Shown here piece after piece: positions 1 through 16,660 of a stretch of 64,000 bases of DNA. A program made the translations under genes and the position numbers. Numbering within the stretch: position 1 is the stretch's first letter; the number at the start of each line of letters is the position of its first letter. The notes under the pieces are model-generated. The model was not told where the DNA came from and searched no databases. It saw only the letters and a program-made list of their open reading frames with translations. The DNA lies in the NCBI GenBank assembly GCA_012295275.1, contig CM022666.1, positions 8,742,001 through 8,806,000 on the forward strand, written 5' to 3'. This stretch comes from Chrysomallon squamiferum. Its lineage: Eukaryota > Animalia > Mollusca.

Positions 1-844
1 TCTGTACATCTCTAGAAAATCATCTTATTTCTCTCAAAACAATAACGGTACAAAACAAAAATGTCCCAAAATAAAAATAAACAATGGAATGATTCTGGTA
101 ACATAGTTAATGAATTGTGACAAATAAAAACATGAAAAGGAAAAAAAATATTATTTTGGTTTAAAAATAATAAAATAAAATTATTATGCTATGGTTCGGG
201 ACATTGACGTGACTACCTATCAGTATAAAAAGATGAATTACATTATTGTCACAATGTTTACCTAAGAAGAAGTATACCCTCATGAGAAATGAACAAATGA
301 AATGTATTTCTTCCTTTCTTCTCTCTCTCAGACAACAACTACATCTTTGCAGCGACCACTCTGTGGGTTTTTGTTGTTGCTTTTTCTTTTCGCAGAATAA
401 AATAAAAACGATTGTAGTATATAAAATGTTATTTTAGCACATTATGTTTTGAGAAAACTTTGGGTCCCTGGATTTCGCTATCACTGAAACACAAACTAAC
501 GCACCTCGTAGAGATTTTTTTCTTTTTTTTTTTCTTTTTTTCTTTTTTTCTAAAAAAAAGTTTGTCTATATCATTCATTAAGTGTTTGTACTCACTGACA
601 ATTTCATCCCTCGCCGAGCAACACACCCGCGTGCAAACGAATAAAAAAACAGAAAATCCTCTTGCTGTTGTTGTTTCGCTCAAACAGTTCTCCACCTGCA
701 CGGACTTCTCTTCTTTCTTGCTTTGTCAGTTTCACTATCAGCGAGCTGAGGAATTTTATTATTATTTCTTTTCTTTTTTTCTTTTTTTAAAACTTGTTTT
801 TTTAAAGTTTTTATTTTTCCTTTTTCGCTTTCTCTCACTCATTG
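1..844 (-). other. Probable SoxB1 3' UTR (may continue beyond the window)
   Basis: AT-rich sequence directly downstream of the stop codon, with AATAAA on the minus strand (e.g. + strand tttatt at 755-760). The true cleavage site cannot be determined. Confidence 0.55.
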
Positions 845-1906
<1,062 letters not shown>

Positions 1907-2099
1907 TCAATTAAAAACAAAACAACACACTTTTGTTTCGTTATGTTGTCGTTGTAGTCGTCACTCGTGTTGTTGCTGTGGTTGTTGTAGTTGTCCTTCT
2001 TCCCCTGCTACCACAGTGTCGTTACACATATAAACACAGACATACACAACAACAAAAAAAGAATTGATTCAGGTAAAAATTTAAAAAAATAAAAAACAC

Positions 2100-2680
2100 A
2101 CACGTTTTAAGTCCACTCGACGTTGAATGAAATCAACTGAGGCGCGTTGTTTAGCTGGTAGATAAAATGATAAATCTTTACTGCTTTTACACTCGACTAT
2201 AGCTTTCTTGCGACAAGCGAAACACTCCTTTTCTTTCCCTAATATCCTATACAACTCCCCGGCTATTCATTGACGATAGAAAATAGACGAAACGCCAGCC
2301 AATCATCGAGCGCTATTTTGACAAGTCTGACGGGCCGAGCTCAACGTGACAGACAATACGCCTATGACGCAGCAATACAGTGCAGTGAAAAGAAAGGGGC
2401 GTGGCTTGTCAGGTAGCCGTCTTTTGTCCAGCCTCGCACGGTGAGCAAAGCTAATGGCACCTCGAGCTTTCAACTACCGAAGTTTTGGCGGACTCGTTCA
2501 AGCGCTCTGCTTGGCCCCATTTGCTTGTTTCAAAAAATGTCAGGCCGCTTCTGAAAGGTACACGCCGCAATCAAACCGGCTTTTGCAATGAACAAGCTTG
2601 TCAATCAAATGACGTCACAGACTGTGGTTTCCGTGCCTACTGTTCAATAAACCCCGAAAACAAGGCAAGCTGAAATTGGC
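2100..2680 (-). promoter_or_regulatory. SoxB1 proximal promoter
   Basis: CpG-enriched block upstream of the CDS. Contains Inr-like TCAGTT on the minus strand (2135-2140), NF-Y box AGCCAATCA (2297-2305), Sp/KLF GC-box GGGGCGTGGC (2396-2405) and CRE TGACGTCA (2610-2617). Confidence 0.65.
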
Positions 2681-2973
2681 ACTGTTCTATTTTTGTCATA
2701 ATGTTTGGAAATGAACACTTTCCCGTCAAAACATCTTTTCAAATCAACATGTTGTAATGCGATAACTTATCAATAATGTTTGATTTTGATTTTTATTTAT
2801 TTGTGTCACAATTACAAAACACGTGCATGTCGTTAATGAATATGGATGTAAATTAAAATCTATGCTATTAAGGATGATAATATATATTTTTTAATCATAC
2901 ATTTTCTCTGAAATCTTAATTATATAGCAGATAATTTGCAGATATATGCAAGAATCAAATGATGATATTAGTG

Positions 2974-3080
<107 letters not shown>

Positions 3081-3391
3081 AATTTCATATTTAGTGTTTA
3101 AAGAGTAATAAGTATTTTGATAGTTGTTTACAATATACATAAATACACATACACGCATGCGTGTTATAGTGACTATGAAGTATAAATAAAACGCCAGCAG
3201 TAACAGTAATAAAATATGTTAGATAACACATACAGTTTGTATGTTATTTCAAGTTATTAATATATATATATATAATCTTAATTTTCCGATTAAACAAATA
3301 ACAAAACATTTTTCCTGTTAATTTATAAATATATCATTCAGGACATTGTAAAAAAAAATCTGCCAGTTCAAAGGGGGAAAAAGAAATAATG

Positions 3392-3450
<59 letters not shown>

Positions 3451-5122
3451 TAAAACAGGAAAACAGAAAAAGCAAGAACAATTAAAGAAATATATATATA
3501 AATATTCAGAATTTTTTAATATATAAACAACAATTGTAATTGCTGGGTTTTTTCAGTCAATACGTAACAAATCCCAATCCGTAAAAAAATGATATTTCTA
3601 TTTTTTATAAAAACTAAGAAAGCGACTATTCCGAGCTTCTGAAAGACGCAGCCAGCCAGCAACACGTTTTATTTGAGAGAAAAAGTCAATGTCGTCAAAT
3701 CAGCTAGCGCCGGGTTCTTCTGTTCGCAGATTTATTTTTATAAATCTATTGTTTTCAGACACACAATAACCTGTAGGTTGCGACGCGTTCACATATTTCG
3801 ATTTACCACTAGAAAAGGAAAGAAAGACAGAAAGAAAAAAAAGAATAAAAACTTTGGTATAAAAAAAAAAAGGAAAAGAATGTTTGAAACAAAATCGGTT
3901 ATAGTAATTGTTTTGGGGTATTCGCGACAAATGAATGAAATAATAAAACATTGAAAAGTAAGATGTAGTGATTTAGAACTGTTATTTAATTATATATTTA
4001 TGTAATTAGTTTTGTTGCTATAATGCAGTTTAATTTTCATTTCAATAATATAACTGTTATTATATTCAAAGGTGTTATCTGTAACAATGATATTGATAAA
4101 GTGTATTGATACATGTGCTGTGTGTACATGCAGGGTGCCTTTAGTCTGTAATATATTCAGATATACATATGCAAACAGATTTATACGCGCAAACATACGC
4201 ATATATATACAAACAAATGTAATTCACTATTTAAATTTAAAAAACCCAACAACAAACAAACAAATAGCAACAACAACAACAAAAAAAAACTGTAATGTTT
4301 TTTATTGCTTTTTAATACTTTAAATAAATAAATAACATTTTTTTTTTTTTAAGTGAAAGATTTTCCAGACAATAATTGTTAGTAGAACATCGAGTGCAAA
4401 CCTCTTTTTATCTTTCTAGTTCATTTAACGTTTTCAAATTCAATTTGACATTTTTTAAATAAATAAATCCAACAGAAAATGTCATAAATTTAAATTTCAA
4501 ATACGTCAGAGTTTGGATTGTAACAGTACATCGCATAATCGATTTAAATTTTATAAAACTAAATTTTTTTTATTTTTATTTTTTTTTCAGAGTAATGAGT
4601 ACTGGAACTTATAATCATTTTTCTACTATGGTCATTGTTGCCTTTGTTCCAAAATAATGCCTTTGCCGGCCAGGGGTCATCGCATACATGCATTTCACCC
4701 CCAGAGGTATTGTTCCCAGCGGTGATATTGACACTGGTTACAAAGAAATAGACACGGTTTTATCAAACCCCTTTCACATCTAAGGCTGTGGATTAGCCAG
4801 TTCTCAATGGCGGTATGAAGCTAGCGTGGTGTTAATTTCACTGTGCGAAATAGACGAGAGTAATGTTACGTAGCGTCCGTTTTTACGTAAGTGTGTAAAT
4901 TTCAGCGTGTTCGTGTTATGTATCCCTTCTCGCATTTTCTCCTGACGACATTTTAATTTCTTTTTTCTTTTTTAACGTATCGATTCTTAGAAAGTTCTGT
5001 TTCTTGTTGATATTAAACTAGGAAAATTCTATTAAAGAGGTAATCATTTTCATATTAAATTGAATTTTTTTATCTTTAATATTGTTTAATTTATTTCAAA
5101 TCTTTCTTAGTTTGTAGTTCGT

Positions 5123-5240
<118 letters not shown>

Positions 5241-6877
5241 GTATATTTATATTTATATACGTAAGTATCTAATTGTTTATCGCACACACAAACACATAAT
5301 TTCGTCTTTGCTGTGTTTTTGTTTTCGTTACACAAACAAACAACTGTTTACATTCAGCGGCGGCAACTCGCGGGGAGCTTTGCGGACATCAATAAAATAA
5401 ATTATTTCATCTTTCACAAATAAATGTGTTATTTGTTTCATGCGGCTTTTGACGGATTTTCATACGACACGCATCCGACAAAGACGCACAACAGAGTCGT
5501 CCTAGCAGTAATTAGAAAACTGTTGTCTGATTTAAACACTGCTAATTTTGCGTACAGCTGACATAGCTATTAAGACACGTAACTGGATATGATTATGTAA
5601 AATAAAATACGCCATTTGATACGACACTAAAACCTTCGTGAGTAGGTGTGTAAATGTGTGTGTTTATTTCTCTCTCACTCTCTCTGCTTCTCTATGTTTT
5701 TCTTATCTTTTCTTTTTTTTGTTCTTCTTTTCAGTATTTCTCCCTCTCTTTGCCTGTCTTTCCCTTTTCGTATCTTTTTCTCGTATTTTGTTATTATCTA
5801 TTGTAATGTGTACATGTTGGAATATATGTATTATAACATATATAATACGAGTGTATATATATATATATATAAAATTATGTATATGCATTTTTGTATTATG
5901 TCGTATGTATAGGTATATGTGTATTATAAAATATAATTTCATGTATTATTGTTTATATCTATCTATCTATCTATATATATATATATATATATATATATTT
6001 TCACCTATGATATATAGAAATATTATAAATAATAATAACAGTAATAACAGAAGTCATAATAACAACTCTAATTACAGATAGCATGACGAGGTTGAATTGT
6101 TTTATTACAGTTTGTTTACACTTGTTAATTAGATACATTGTCACACATTTGTGTGTTACGTAATAGGTGTCATATTGTCTACTTTTGATTTGCTAACCTA
6201 ATGACACACGAGAAAATAACGTCAGGGAAGGCAGCTGTAGTAGCAACACCATCAGCAACAACAACAACGATACATGAATAATAAGAATATTGCATTTACT
6301 ATTATTAGTGGTACTGCCACTGCTACTGATAATAATAATAGTAGTAATAATAATAATAACAATAATAATGATAATGATAATTATAACAATAATGATAGTG
6401 ATGATGACAATAATATTAATATCAATAACAATAATAATAATAAATAATGAATAAACAAATAAATAAATTAAAAAGCACCCAATTAATAATAACAATGATA
6501 ATAAGAAAACAATAAATTTAAAAATGAAGAAAAAAAAAACAACCAAAAACAAAAAACAAATACAGTTTAAAAAAAGAAGAAAATATAAAACAATTACGCA
6601 AAGAAAAATAAGAAATAAGAAAAACTAACGGGTAGATAAAATAAATTGTGAAGTGTATAAAAATTATACATTATTTACTCTGCTATCACTTTGTGTATTT
6701 CCTTGCCAAGTATGAAATAGATTAGCTGAAATGGGGTCAGAACCTGTAACAAGCGGATTTTTCTGTGTTGCAATTAAAGGGGCTTTGACTGTGAGATAAA
6801 TATGAGAGAAAATTCCCGTGTGCTAGAGAAAGCAACAGGCGAGGGAAAATAATATTATTAGCTTGACGGGAAAACAC

Positions 6878-7020
6878 GGGCAAAACTTCCAGTATGAGAG
6901 TGAAAGTTAGTCCCAGGGCAAAATTAATATGGGCAAAAATATTTATAAGAGGGCAAATATTTAATATGAGTGCAAAAATGTCAGTATGTGAGCGAAAACC
7001 AAATATCAGGGCAAATATAT
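6878..7020. repeat. Degenerate ~20 bp minisatellite (gggcaaaa..aatat core)
   Basis: Recurring gggcaaa/gtgcaaa/gagcgaaa cores at roughly 15-22 bp spacing. Confidence 0.55.
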
Positions 7021-7180
7021 GTGACGAATATTAACCGAGTATTAAGAAAATAACATTAGATTGATGGCGGACTTGTTGTTATAAAAAATATTATTTGTCA
7101 CCGTATTAATATAATTAATTAGCGGGTTAGCGAAACTGTCATAGTAACATGTTAATGGAGTTTTTTGTTTTATAATAAGC

Positions 7181-7219
7181 TATTATTATTTTTATGATTA
7201 TGATTATTATTATTATTAC

Positions 7220-7270
<51 letters not shown>

Positions 7271-7308
7271 TGTTGTTGTTGTTATTGTTGTTGTTGTCGT
7301 TGTTGTTA

Positions 7309-7349
<41 letters not shown>

Positions 7350-7375
7350 GTTATTACTGTAGTTATTGTTTGTTT
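7181..7375. repeat. (ATT/GTT)n microsatellite
   Basis: Directly visible; source of spurious poly-Ile/Val ORFs. Confidence 0.9.
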
Positions 7376-7982
7376 GTTTTTACTATGGCTGATGTTGCTG
7401 TTGTTCTTGTATTCTGTTGATATTTTTATTCTCATTTATTTATTTACGTATCAAAACTAAATCAGATCCTTATCCACTGCAATATAAAACAAACTGTACG
7501 TGTGCGTGTGTGTGCGTGTGCAATTACCACCTAATATATTTTGTTACCTGTATTTATTTGCATTCGACCCAGTATAACAAACATCACATTAAAATAATTT
7601 ATTATTTCCTTCCTTTTCATCTCAGTTCCTATTTCTAATGATTCATACTAAATTTTGTTTCCAGTACAGTAGTATCCTTCATTAATACTGAATAATATAT
7701 TTATTTATTAAAAGGTAATTTATTCCATGATTATATATGTGCATGAATGAATGAATGAATGAATGAATGAATGATGAAAAAATCTGCTAACGGTTTATTA
7801 AAATTGATCCGAAAATGAACGTCATAAAAATTCAGTGGAGATATTAAATTACTGAAAATATTTAATCAAATTATGACGTTACTGAATTTTTATTACATTA
7901 ATAAATAAATATGTAAATATAAAAATTAAATCAGAGATACTGAAAACTGAATAAGCTAGACAAAATATGATTTAAATATTAC

Positions 7983-8034
<52 letters not shown>

Positions 8035-8157
8035 GTTGTTGTTGTTGTTGATAATGGTGATGATGTTGGTGTTATATTGTTACTGTTCATATGTTGCGAC
8101 TGATGTTGATTATGATGAAGGTAATGATGTCGTTGTTACTAATTCCTTCAACCCATA

Positions 8158-8208
<51 letters not shown>

Positions 8209-8782
8209 ATTTATCATTTCATCATTATTCTGCTCCTCCGATCTAGCTACATTCATCCTGTGCTAATATCTCTAGCGGTATGAAATTTACACATCCCTTG
8301 AAATTCACGTCTCAATCTGAACAAAAAAAATATTGATTTCTTACGCCGCAATACTGTTGAAATAGACGCCGATATTGTTAATTACAGTGGGTCCAAGTTG
8401 GGCGTACATACAGTCATATTCACACGAGTGATCCCATCTGTGTCTAAACACTTTATTTTCGCAGATAAAGTTACCAATGCGATTATTATTCGACTGTATA
8501 TGAAAGACACCCTGCCCAGCTTTTCCATTAAATGTTTTTTATTTTATTGTTTTGTTTTAATTTTTATACATAACCAGTTTTGTTTGTTTTATATATATTT
8601 TTTCAATCATTACCTTTTTTTGCCATTTCCAATTTTTTTTTTAATACAGTAATAATGATGATGATGATGACGATAATAATAATAATAAAAATATTATTGT
8701 TGTTGTTATGATTACTGGCACAACTATTATTACTACTAATATTACTGCAACTATTATAATTATTATAATTATATATTATATA

Positions 8783-8830
<48 letters not shown>

Positions 8831-10231
8831 TGCTACTACTATTATTATTATCATACTTTTTATTGTATTATTATTATTATTATTATTATTAAGATTATTA
8901 TTATTATTATTAAATAAAATATTATTTTTTCGAAAATAAAATATTGCTGATGTGCGAATAAGGTATTCTGGTTTAATATGAAATAAAGATTTTATGTATG
9001 ATATAGATTTTAATAAGCGATTAATATCAATGTATTAACGTAGATAAATATAAGAATAAAAATAATTTATGCAGATTAACAACGTAATCAGAATATTTAA
9101 TTATTTATATCTGTGTGCGTGTATGTGTTTGTGTGTGTGTGCGCACACATACTGTTATATGCGAGAGGTGTGTGTGTGTATGTGTGTGTATAAAATAAAT
9201 AATATCAATTAATATCTCTGTACTACATTGAGAAAAATTATGAATTTAATATTACTGAAAAATAAAGTTAGTATTATGTGTGATTAAAATAATAATAATA
9301 ATATCAAACATATTTATCCTACATATATAAACTAGATATATCCAAATATATATGTATTATATAAATAGGAAAAGGAATAAAATGACATTGATAATACAAT
9401 AAAAAACACAATGATCCAACAATAAAACGAGAAACTCGAAACTCGCAAATTGTATTACACAATATAGCAATGTAATGTAAGTAAGAACAAATTCATTCTA
9501 ACATAATTAACAACAAATATTAACAATTACGTAGTTACATCACTTTGTAACGTAACGTATGTAGACGACAACCACGACATTACACGTGACGGTGTAACCC
9601 GTAACAAACCCGTGAAATGTAACATAAAAACGTGAAATACGCCAACTTTGAAACGGTCATGTAAGCAGAGAATTTTTATTAATATCGATATATTATTTAA
9701 AGAATATCTCGATTTTTATTCTCTTTGATGTCAAACTTGGTTAAACGATGTATGTGAGAAAATGTACATATTACGACGGGCTATATATATAAATAATATA
9801 TTACACACATTTTAGTGTCTTTTTATAGTTGATATTTTTAGTTGTGGGAGGGATGGTAGGATAGTGGAAAATATTACTGAATTTTGTTATCAAAATGTAT
9901 TTGACAAGTGTTGCTAATGTTGTAGTAAAGTTGTAGTAGTAACAGTAGTGGTAATTGTTGTTGTTGTGATAGTAATAGGAGTAGCAGCAGTAGTAATAGT
10001 ACCAGTAGTACTTGTAGCAGTTGTAGTAGTAGTAATTACTGTTGTTGTAACAGTAGCAATAATAAAATTAATAATAATAGTACCAGTAACAATAACAACA
10101 ATGACAACAATAATATAATAAAATAATATCAACAACAACACCCCTGATAGCTCCTAATTTACCCTTGACCTTATTTTATCTTAAAAGTAAGAAATGTATT
10201 ACAATATACTAGCATATTATTATATTATTCA

Positions 10232-10344
<113 letters not shown>

Positions 10345-11004
10345 GTCTTTGTCGGTCGACTTGTGTTCAATAGAGATCTCTGTTGGTGTATTTTTTTCGT
10401 GTTTTTTTCTAAGCAGTTGACACAAATCAATAATCATTATTTACTGGATGGCTCGGGGTAATTCTACACCTTTTGATAAATAATAGTTGGAATGTCAGTA
10501 GATTTATCACCTCAACTAGACAGCATATGACAGAAAAAGGTAATTCTAATAAATCTTTGAATCACAATGAAAAAGATAACAATATAGAAAACAAAACAAA
10601 ATTATAATAATAAAAAGAAAAAAGAAAAAGAAAATAATATAAAAGAAGATGAAAGAAAAAAAGAAAAAATTATTAATCTGTTATTTCTAGAAATTATGAT
10701 TTTTAAAAAAAAATGTATTTCTTTATTTTTATCTTTTTTTAATTTTTAAATATATTAGATACCGTTTCAGGAATGTATTTTAATTATTATACCTTTTCTT
10801 GAGGAATTCTTTTAAATATTTTTTCTTTTATCTCCAATCTCACATATTTCGTAGCCATTATTCATTTTGCCTTGACGCGATGCCAAGAAAAATTAAAATT
10901 TAATACGTTAAATTAAGCGAATTCACGCATGGGCGGCTTCAGAAATGTACATAGGAACAACCGAGAAACCCGGTGGTTTTGTTAAACGTTGGAAAGAACG
11001 GCAA

Positions 11005-11085
<81 letters not shown>

Positions 11086-11928
11086 TTTTTTATATATTTT
11101 TTATATTTTTTTTTTTCAGTAGCGTCTTTGTTCTTTTTTATTCCACTCTGCTCCGTTTCGGTTGTCCGAGCAAACAACAACATGTTTCAGACGGAAAACT
11201 AGAATCATTTATTTATTAATAACAAAACATCACGTGTCTCTTAAGTGTTTTAATTCAATTAAGTTTCCAGTTGTGAATCCGTCATGGAAGACGCAGGGTA
11301 GGGGACAGAGGGTGGGGGAAAAGAAGTAGGGTTAATTAGTGAAAACATTTTTATTAAGTTAAAATTGAAGATAATTTTAAAATAAATTTATAAAAAATAT
11401 TATGAAGTAACTATATATGTAAGTTAGTAAATAACAAATAACATAATATTTGTAGGAATAATTGTTAATAATAATAATAACAACAATAACAACAAGAAGA
11501 ATTTATTAATTCGTGGTTTATTCATTATTTTATTTATTTATTTGTTTGTTTGTTTGTTTGTTTGTTTGTTTGTTTGTTTATTTATTATTCATTCATTCAT
11601 TCATTTATTCTGTGAATTCTTGATTCATCTTCTGTTATTTTGGTCATAAATATACCGATGTTACAGCTGTACCACCTCTCATACAGGTATGAGATATTTA
11701 AGTACCTATATACGCACGTATTCATGTTAATTGCAATACATATTTATACCTTGTAATTTGTCAAAGAAATTGATTTTTAGTGCTCATTAATATTCATAGG
11801 CAGGTAATAAAAATAACGGTTTTGTTAAAGATTGTTTTTTTTTTTTTTTTTTTTTTTCTTTCTTTTATGAGTAACTAAGATTATCAATTACTATTTTTAT
11901 AGATAAAAATGTTTTGTCATGGTAAATA

Positions 11929-11967
<39 letters not shown>

Positions 11968-12187
11968 ATGAACCACAGTAATAATTATAATCATATTTGT
12001 TGAAATAATAATAATTTTAATATTAACAGTATCCTAAGAGAAAGGTGAAATTTACCGCAATAAATAAACATACAAACAAATAAACCAACAAACAGCTAAA
12101 TAAATAATCGAATAAATGAATAAATATACAAACAAACAAATATAGAGACAAACCAAAAAATAAGCAAGCAAATAAACGAATAGATAT

Positions 12188-12223
<36 letters not shown>

Positions 12224-12878
12224 ATACTCAAATAACTACTCAAATAAATAAATACTCAAATAACTACTCAAATAAATAAATAAACAAACACAAAAACAAA
12301 CAAATAAATATAAAAATAATAAACATTCATATAAATAAATAAATGAATAAATATATACACAAAAAAGAAACACAACACCAACAACAAATAAACAAATAAT
12401 CAAACACACAAATAAGTTAAAAAACAAAATAAAATAAATAAAGAAATGAAATGAACAGCAGGCAGTGTATCGCAATGTGGGACACTCTGAAATGGACACA
12501 GAACGCAACTGACAACTGTTGTGACGGGCAGAATTTGTCTCACAAAAACGACTGCGAAAAATCGGCGATTTTGGTGTCAATTTCACCACCGTCCCTTTAA
12601 TTATAGACTGACCACGATCACGTTACCAAGAAACCATTGTGTCAATTCCCAGTTTTATCAAAAACCCATCAATTCCGTATAATATTGTTACAACCTTATA
12701 AAATCATTTGATGGCGCAGTCAGACATTTTTATACGTCATAATTTAATAATAATATTTATTTGTCCTTATTTCACTGGCCAAATTGGAAATAATAAAGAA
12801 AATTTATAAATTCGGTATAAAAATAAAAATACGCTTATTTGTTATGAATGAAGTTGATAGTAAAATATATTAGTAACA

Positions 12879-12879
12879 A

Positions 12880-12956
<77 letters not shown>
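12879..12956. repeat. (ATT)n microsatellite
   Basis: Directly visible. Confidence 0.95.
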
Positions 12957-12958
<2 letters not shown>

Positions 12959-13609
12959 AGAAATAATAATAATAATTAATAAATAATAAATCAAAATGTG
13001 AATTTACAAATGAAAGAATAAATAAATGAACAAAAAGGTAAAGAAATAATAAAATTAATTCTAAATACTTTGAAGAAAGCTGTAAACAAAGAAACAAAAA
13101 TATAGAATAAATTAATCTGTTATTTTTAATTTTATTACTGTTAATACTATAAATACTATTACTTCTATTATTACTAATAATAATAATAATAACAACGACA
13201 ACAAAGGTAATAACAGCACTGTGGTATATCTGAACACGATATATACACTTTAAAAGAAATGTGTCTATTTTTCATTCTTAATAATATTATATTATTATGT
13301 TATTATTATTGTTATTGTTATTACAACATCGTAATGTCATTTAAAAATTAATTGTAATACTATCATCATCACATCAACAAATGTAGTCACAATATAATAA
13401 ATTCAGAAATGTTTTATTATTAATGTCATCAGAAAGTATTCATTTTCTTCTAGTCTACAAATGTGTGTGCGGGCGCTTACTTGCGTATGAAACGTAGAGA
13501 GAAGAAGAGAGACTAAAATTCACTAAATAAACAAATAACTAACGATAGAATATTTATTGAAGAAACAGTCGTTATTATTATTATCATTGCTTTGTTATTA
13601 TTATTGTTA

Positions 13610-13669
<60 letters not shown>

Positions 13670-14750
13670 GTAAAACTAAATAAATAAGTAAACAAACGAT
13701 CTAAGAATTTTTTTTAAAATAATAATAATAATAATAATGAACTAAATAACTGATTAAATTTAAAAAAAAAAATAAATGAAATAAAAGAGAATTAAGTTAA
13801 ATTACAATAAATAAACAATAAAATAAAATAAAATAACGAAATAAGAAATATCAATACACGAAAAACAACGAGCGAATTAACGAAGTGAAGTATTGCTGAT
13901 AATAATCAGTGTAGATAATTTGTAACACAAATTAATTTATTTCGTTTTAACAACAATAAAACCAGCTTTACAACTTCGGCGATAAGAAAAAAAATAAAAC
14001 TAAAAATGAAAGCTTCCGCAGTAACCCACGATAGCCCGTAGCCATACAAACGAAAGTACAACTTAATTTTAGAAAAATATTGCACGGGAAACGAGTATTA
14101 GTCGAAATTACATCACACCAATTATTTCACCCTGCGGCCAACGAAGGGTCACGTGACAATCGCTTAAACAAATAGCGTAGTGAAAACACGCAGAAGACAA
14201 TGGAAATGTCTGTTTGTGAAAACCGCCGGACAATTGTTGCCAAATTAAAAGTTCTTGCGAAAACATTTGTTTTAAGAACACTGGTGAAAGTTTGTGACAC
14301 GGACGTGCAGTGGTTAGGTGTCGTGCACGCCGTGCTTTGTTTTCAAACGAACGAGTGAAATAAACTACACATTATTTGTCACGCTGTATAATTACAGACA
14401 TCAACTAATAGCTCGTCTCACTGTGTAAACAACAATTAAATCAGCTTTTACTATCTACTCGAGAACAACCGTACATACATACATACATATATATAAGTAT
14501 TAATTAATTTTTTAATACTCTCACTCAAAGTGAACGAAATTAATGTTTGTATAGAAAATTAATGTTGATAATGTATTATACAGAAAGAATGAAAGAAAGA
14601 AAAATAAAAAAATGAATCAAAAGGGAAAAAGAAAGAAAGAATAAATGTAAAAATATAGCTAAAATTATTATACATTTCTTCGTCACAGGATAAAATAAAA
14701 ATGCATTGTTTATATTTAATAGTAATATGTGTTTGTTGTGCATGTATGTA

Positions 14751-14791
<41 letters not shown>

Positions 14792-14871
14792 CCATACATA
14801 AAAATAAGTAAACAAACATGTATATATGTGTATGTATTTGAGTATGCTATATATGCTTGATGTTATGTACG

Positions 14872-14874
<3 letters not shown>

Positions 14875-14966
<92 letters not shown>

Positions 14967-14979
14967 GTGTATATATATG

Positions 14980-15024
<45 letters not shown>

Positions 15025-15105
15025 GTATATGTATATATATATATACATATGTATACATATATATACACACACATACACACAAGTATAAATATATATATAT
15101 ATATA
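14875..15105. repeat. Interrupted (TA)n microsatellite
   Basis: Directly visible. Confidence 0.93.
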
Positions 15106-15894
15106 TGAACAAGCACACATATCAGCACGGAAGCTTACACACAATCTATATGTACGGACACAATATCTGTGTAACATGAAACATGTTTCAATTTCCCCAC
15201 ACCACGATAAATAAATCCTTTACTTAGAATAGTCTTCACTTTCAAACATAATCGTATTTCATTTCAATATACTTTTTTCTTTCTTTCTTTTTGACTCTTT
15301 GATAATACACTGACTGAACCTGATCATTTTTTTTTCGTTTGGGGGGGATACAGGGGGATTAAGGAGCCGTGTCATTTAATGACATTATTAGCTACGTCGT
15401 CGATGACGTCGGCGGTTTAATTTCATCGAGTCAATGCAGGGTGGTGACATTTATATCTTTCGCTTCAACGACGTTCATGCGATTTATGTCGTTCGTTCCC
15501 TCTGCAACAAATTATTTCCCTACATGCAGCGGGTTGGAGAAAATTTACTTCATTTTGACATCGTCTGGTTTCACTTTGACGATTTGCACCTGTTTCAGGT
15601 GTACGTTTGTTGCTTTGCCTTTGTTTTGATAATTGTTGTTGTTGTTGTTGTTGTTGTTGCTGCTGAATTATAATTGTCAATATACCCCGTATGTATGAGT
15701 GAGTATGTCTGTTTCTGTACCTGTGTATGACTGTATCTGTCTTTGTGTGTATTTATTAATATATTTATGTATATACGAATTTATATATATATTACAAGAA
15801 ATTCTTTAATAAATGCAGTTTTAATAATATTTATTAATATTATATCTATCAGAAATTAATTTAATACAGTTACAACGTAAATAAACTGTACAAT

Positions 15895-16112
15895 CAAAAT
15901 GTAAACAAACAAGTACCAGCACGATGTAAACACATTCGTATCATAACATTGTAAATGTTGCACTATTAAAAGGTAAACATATTCGTATCACAACAGCTTA
16001 TACACAGTCTATATATATGTACGGATACAATATAATACCATTAACATTGTAAAAATATTCGTACCATTACGATGTAAACATACTAGTATTACGACGTAAC
16101 TGTTGCACTACA
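15895..16112. repeat. Degenerate minisatellite (acgatgtaaaca / attcgta / aacattgtaaa / tgttgcacta modules)
   Basis: Modules recur: acgatgtaaaca at 15921 and 16069; aacattgtaaa at 15945 and 16043; tgttgcacta at 15956 and 16101. Confidence 0.65.
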
Positions 16113-16526
16113 GTATCGCAGATCCTTGAGAAAGTGCTTGAAGAAATTTTGTGTGAAAGAAATACACAAAATATATTTTAAGCTAAATAAGTCTATTTAT
16201 AGCTTACCTTTAACGCTATCTCAAGTCCTGACGTAACAAACTCGTACCCGGATGGAAATCGACATTTCCAGTTCACAGAATATCCATGCGTGTTAATTTC
16301 GTCTACAGTTTCGAATTTGAGAAGATGACAAACATAACACAGTAACATGCTTTCGAAAATATCTCGTTTCATAGCAACACATAAATAATATTCGTGACAG
16401 TGGAATAGCTCTGTTATTTGATCAGAAGGCAATGTTTAAGCAAATATCATCATCAAAATTATTCATAAGAATTAAATTATTTCCCACGAAAATGAGTTAC
16501 GTGAAATAGACAAGAGGAAACGTCAC

Positions 16527-16660
16527 ATTTCGTGAATTCAATTTTTTCTGTTTTCGTGAATTCAACATTTTCTGTTTTCGTGAATTCAACTCTTTCACTT
16601 TTCGCGAAGTCAATATTTTTCGTTTTCGTGAATTCATCACATTCAATTTCACGAAATCTG
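16527..16660. repeat. 24-bp period minisatellite (ttttcgtgaattcaac...), ~5 copies, decaying to ~16860
   Basis: cgtgaattca at 16531, 16555, 16579 and 16627 (24-bp period), with a diverged copy at ~16603. Confidence 0.8.
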
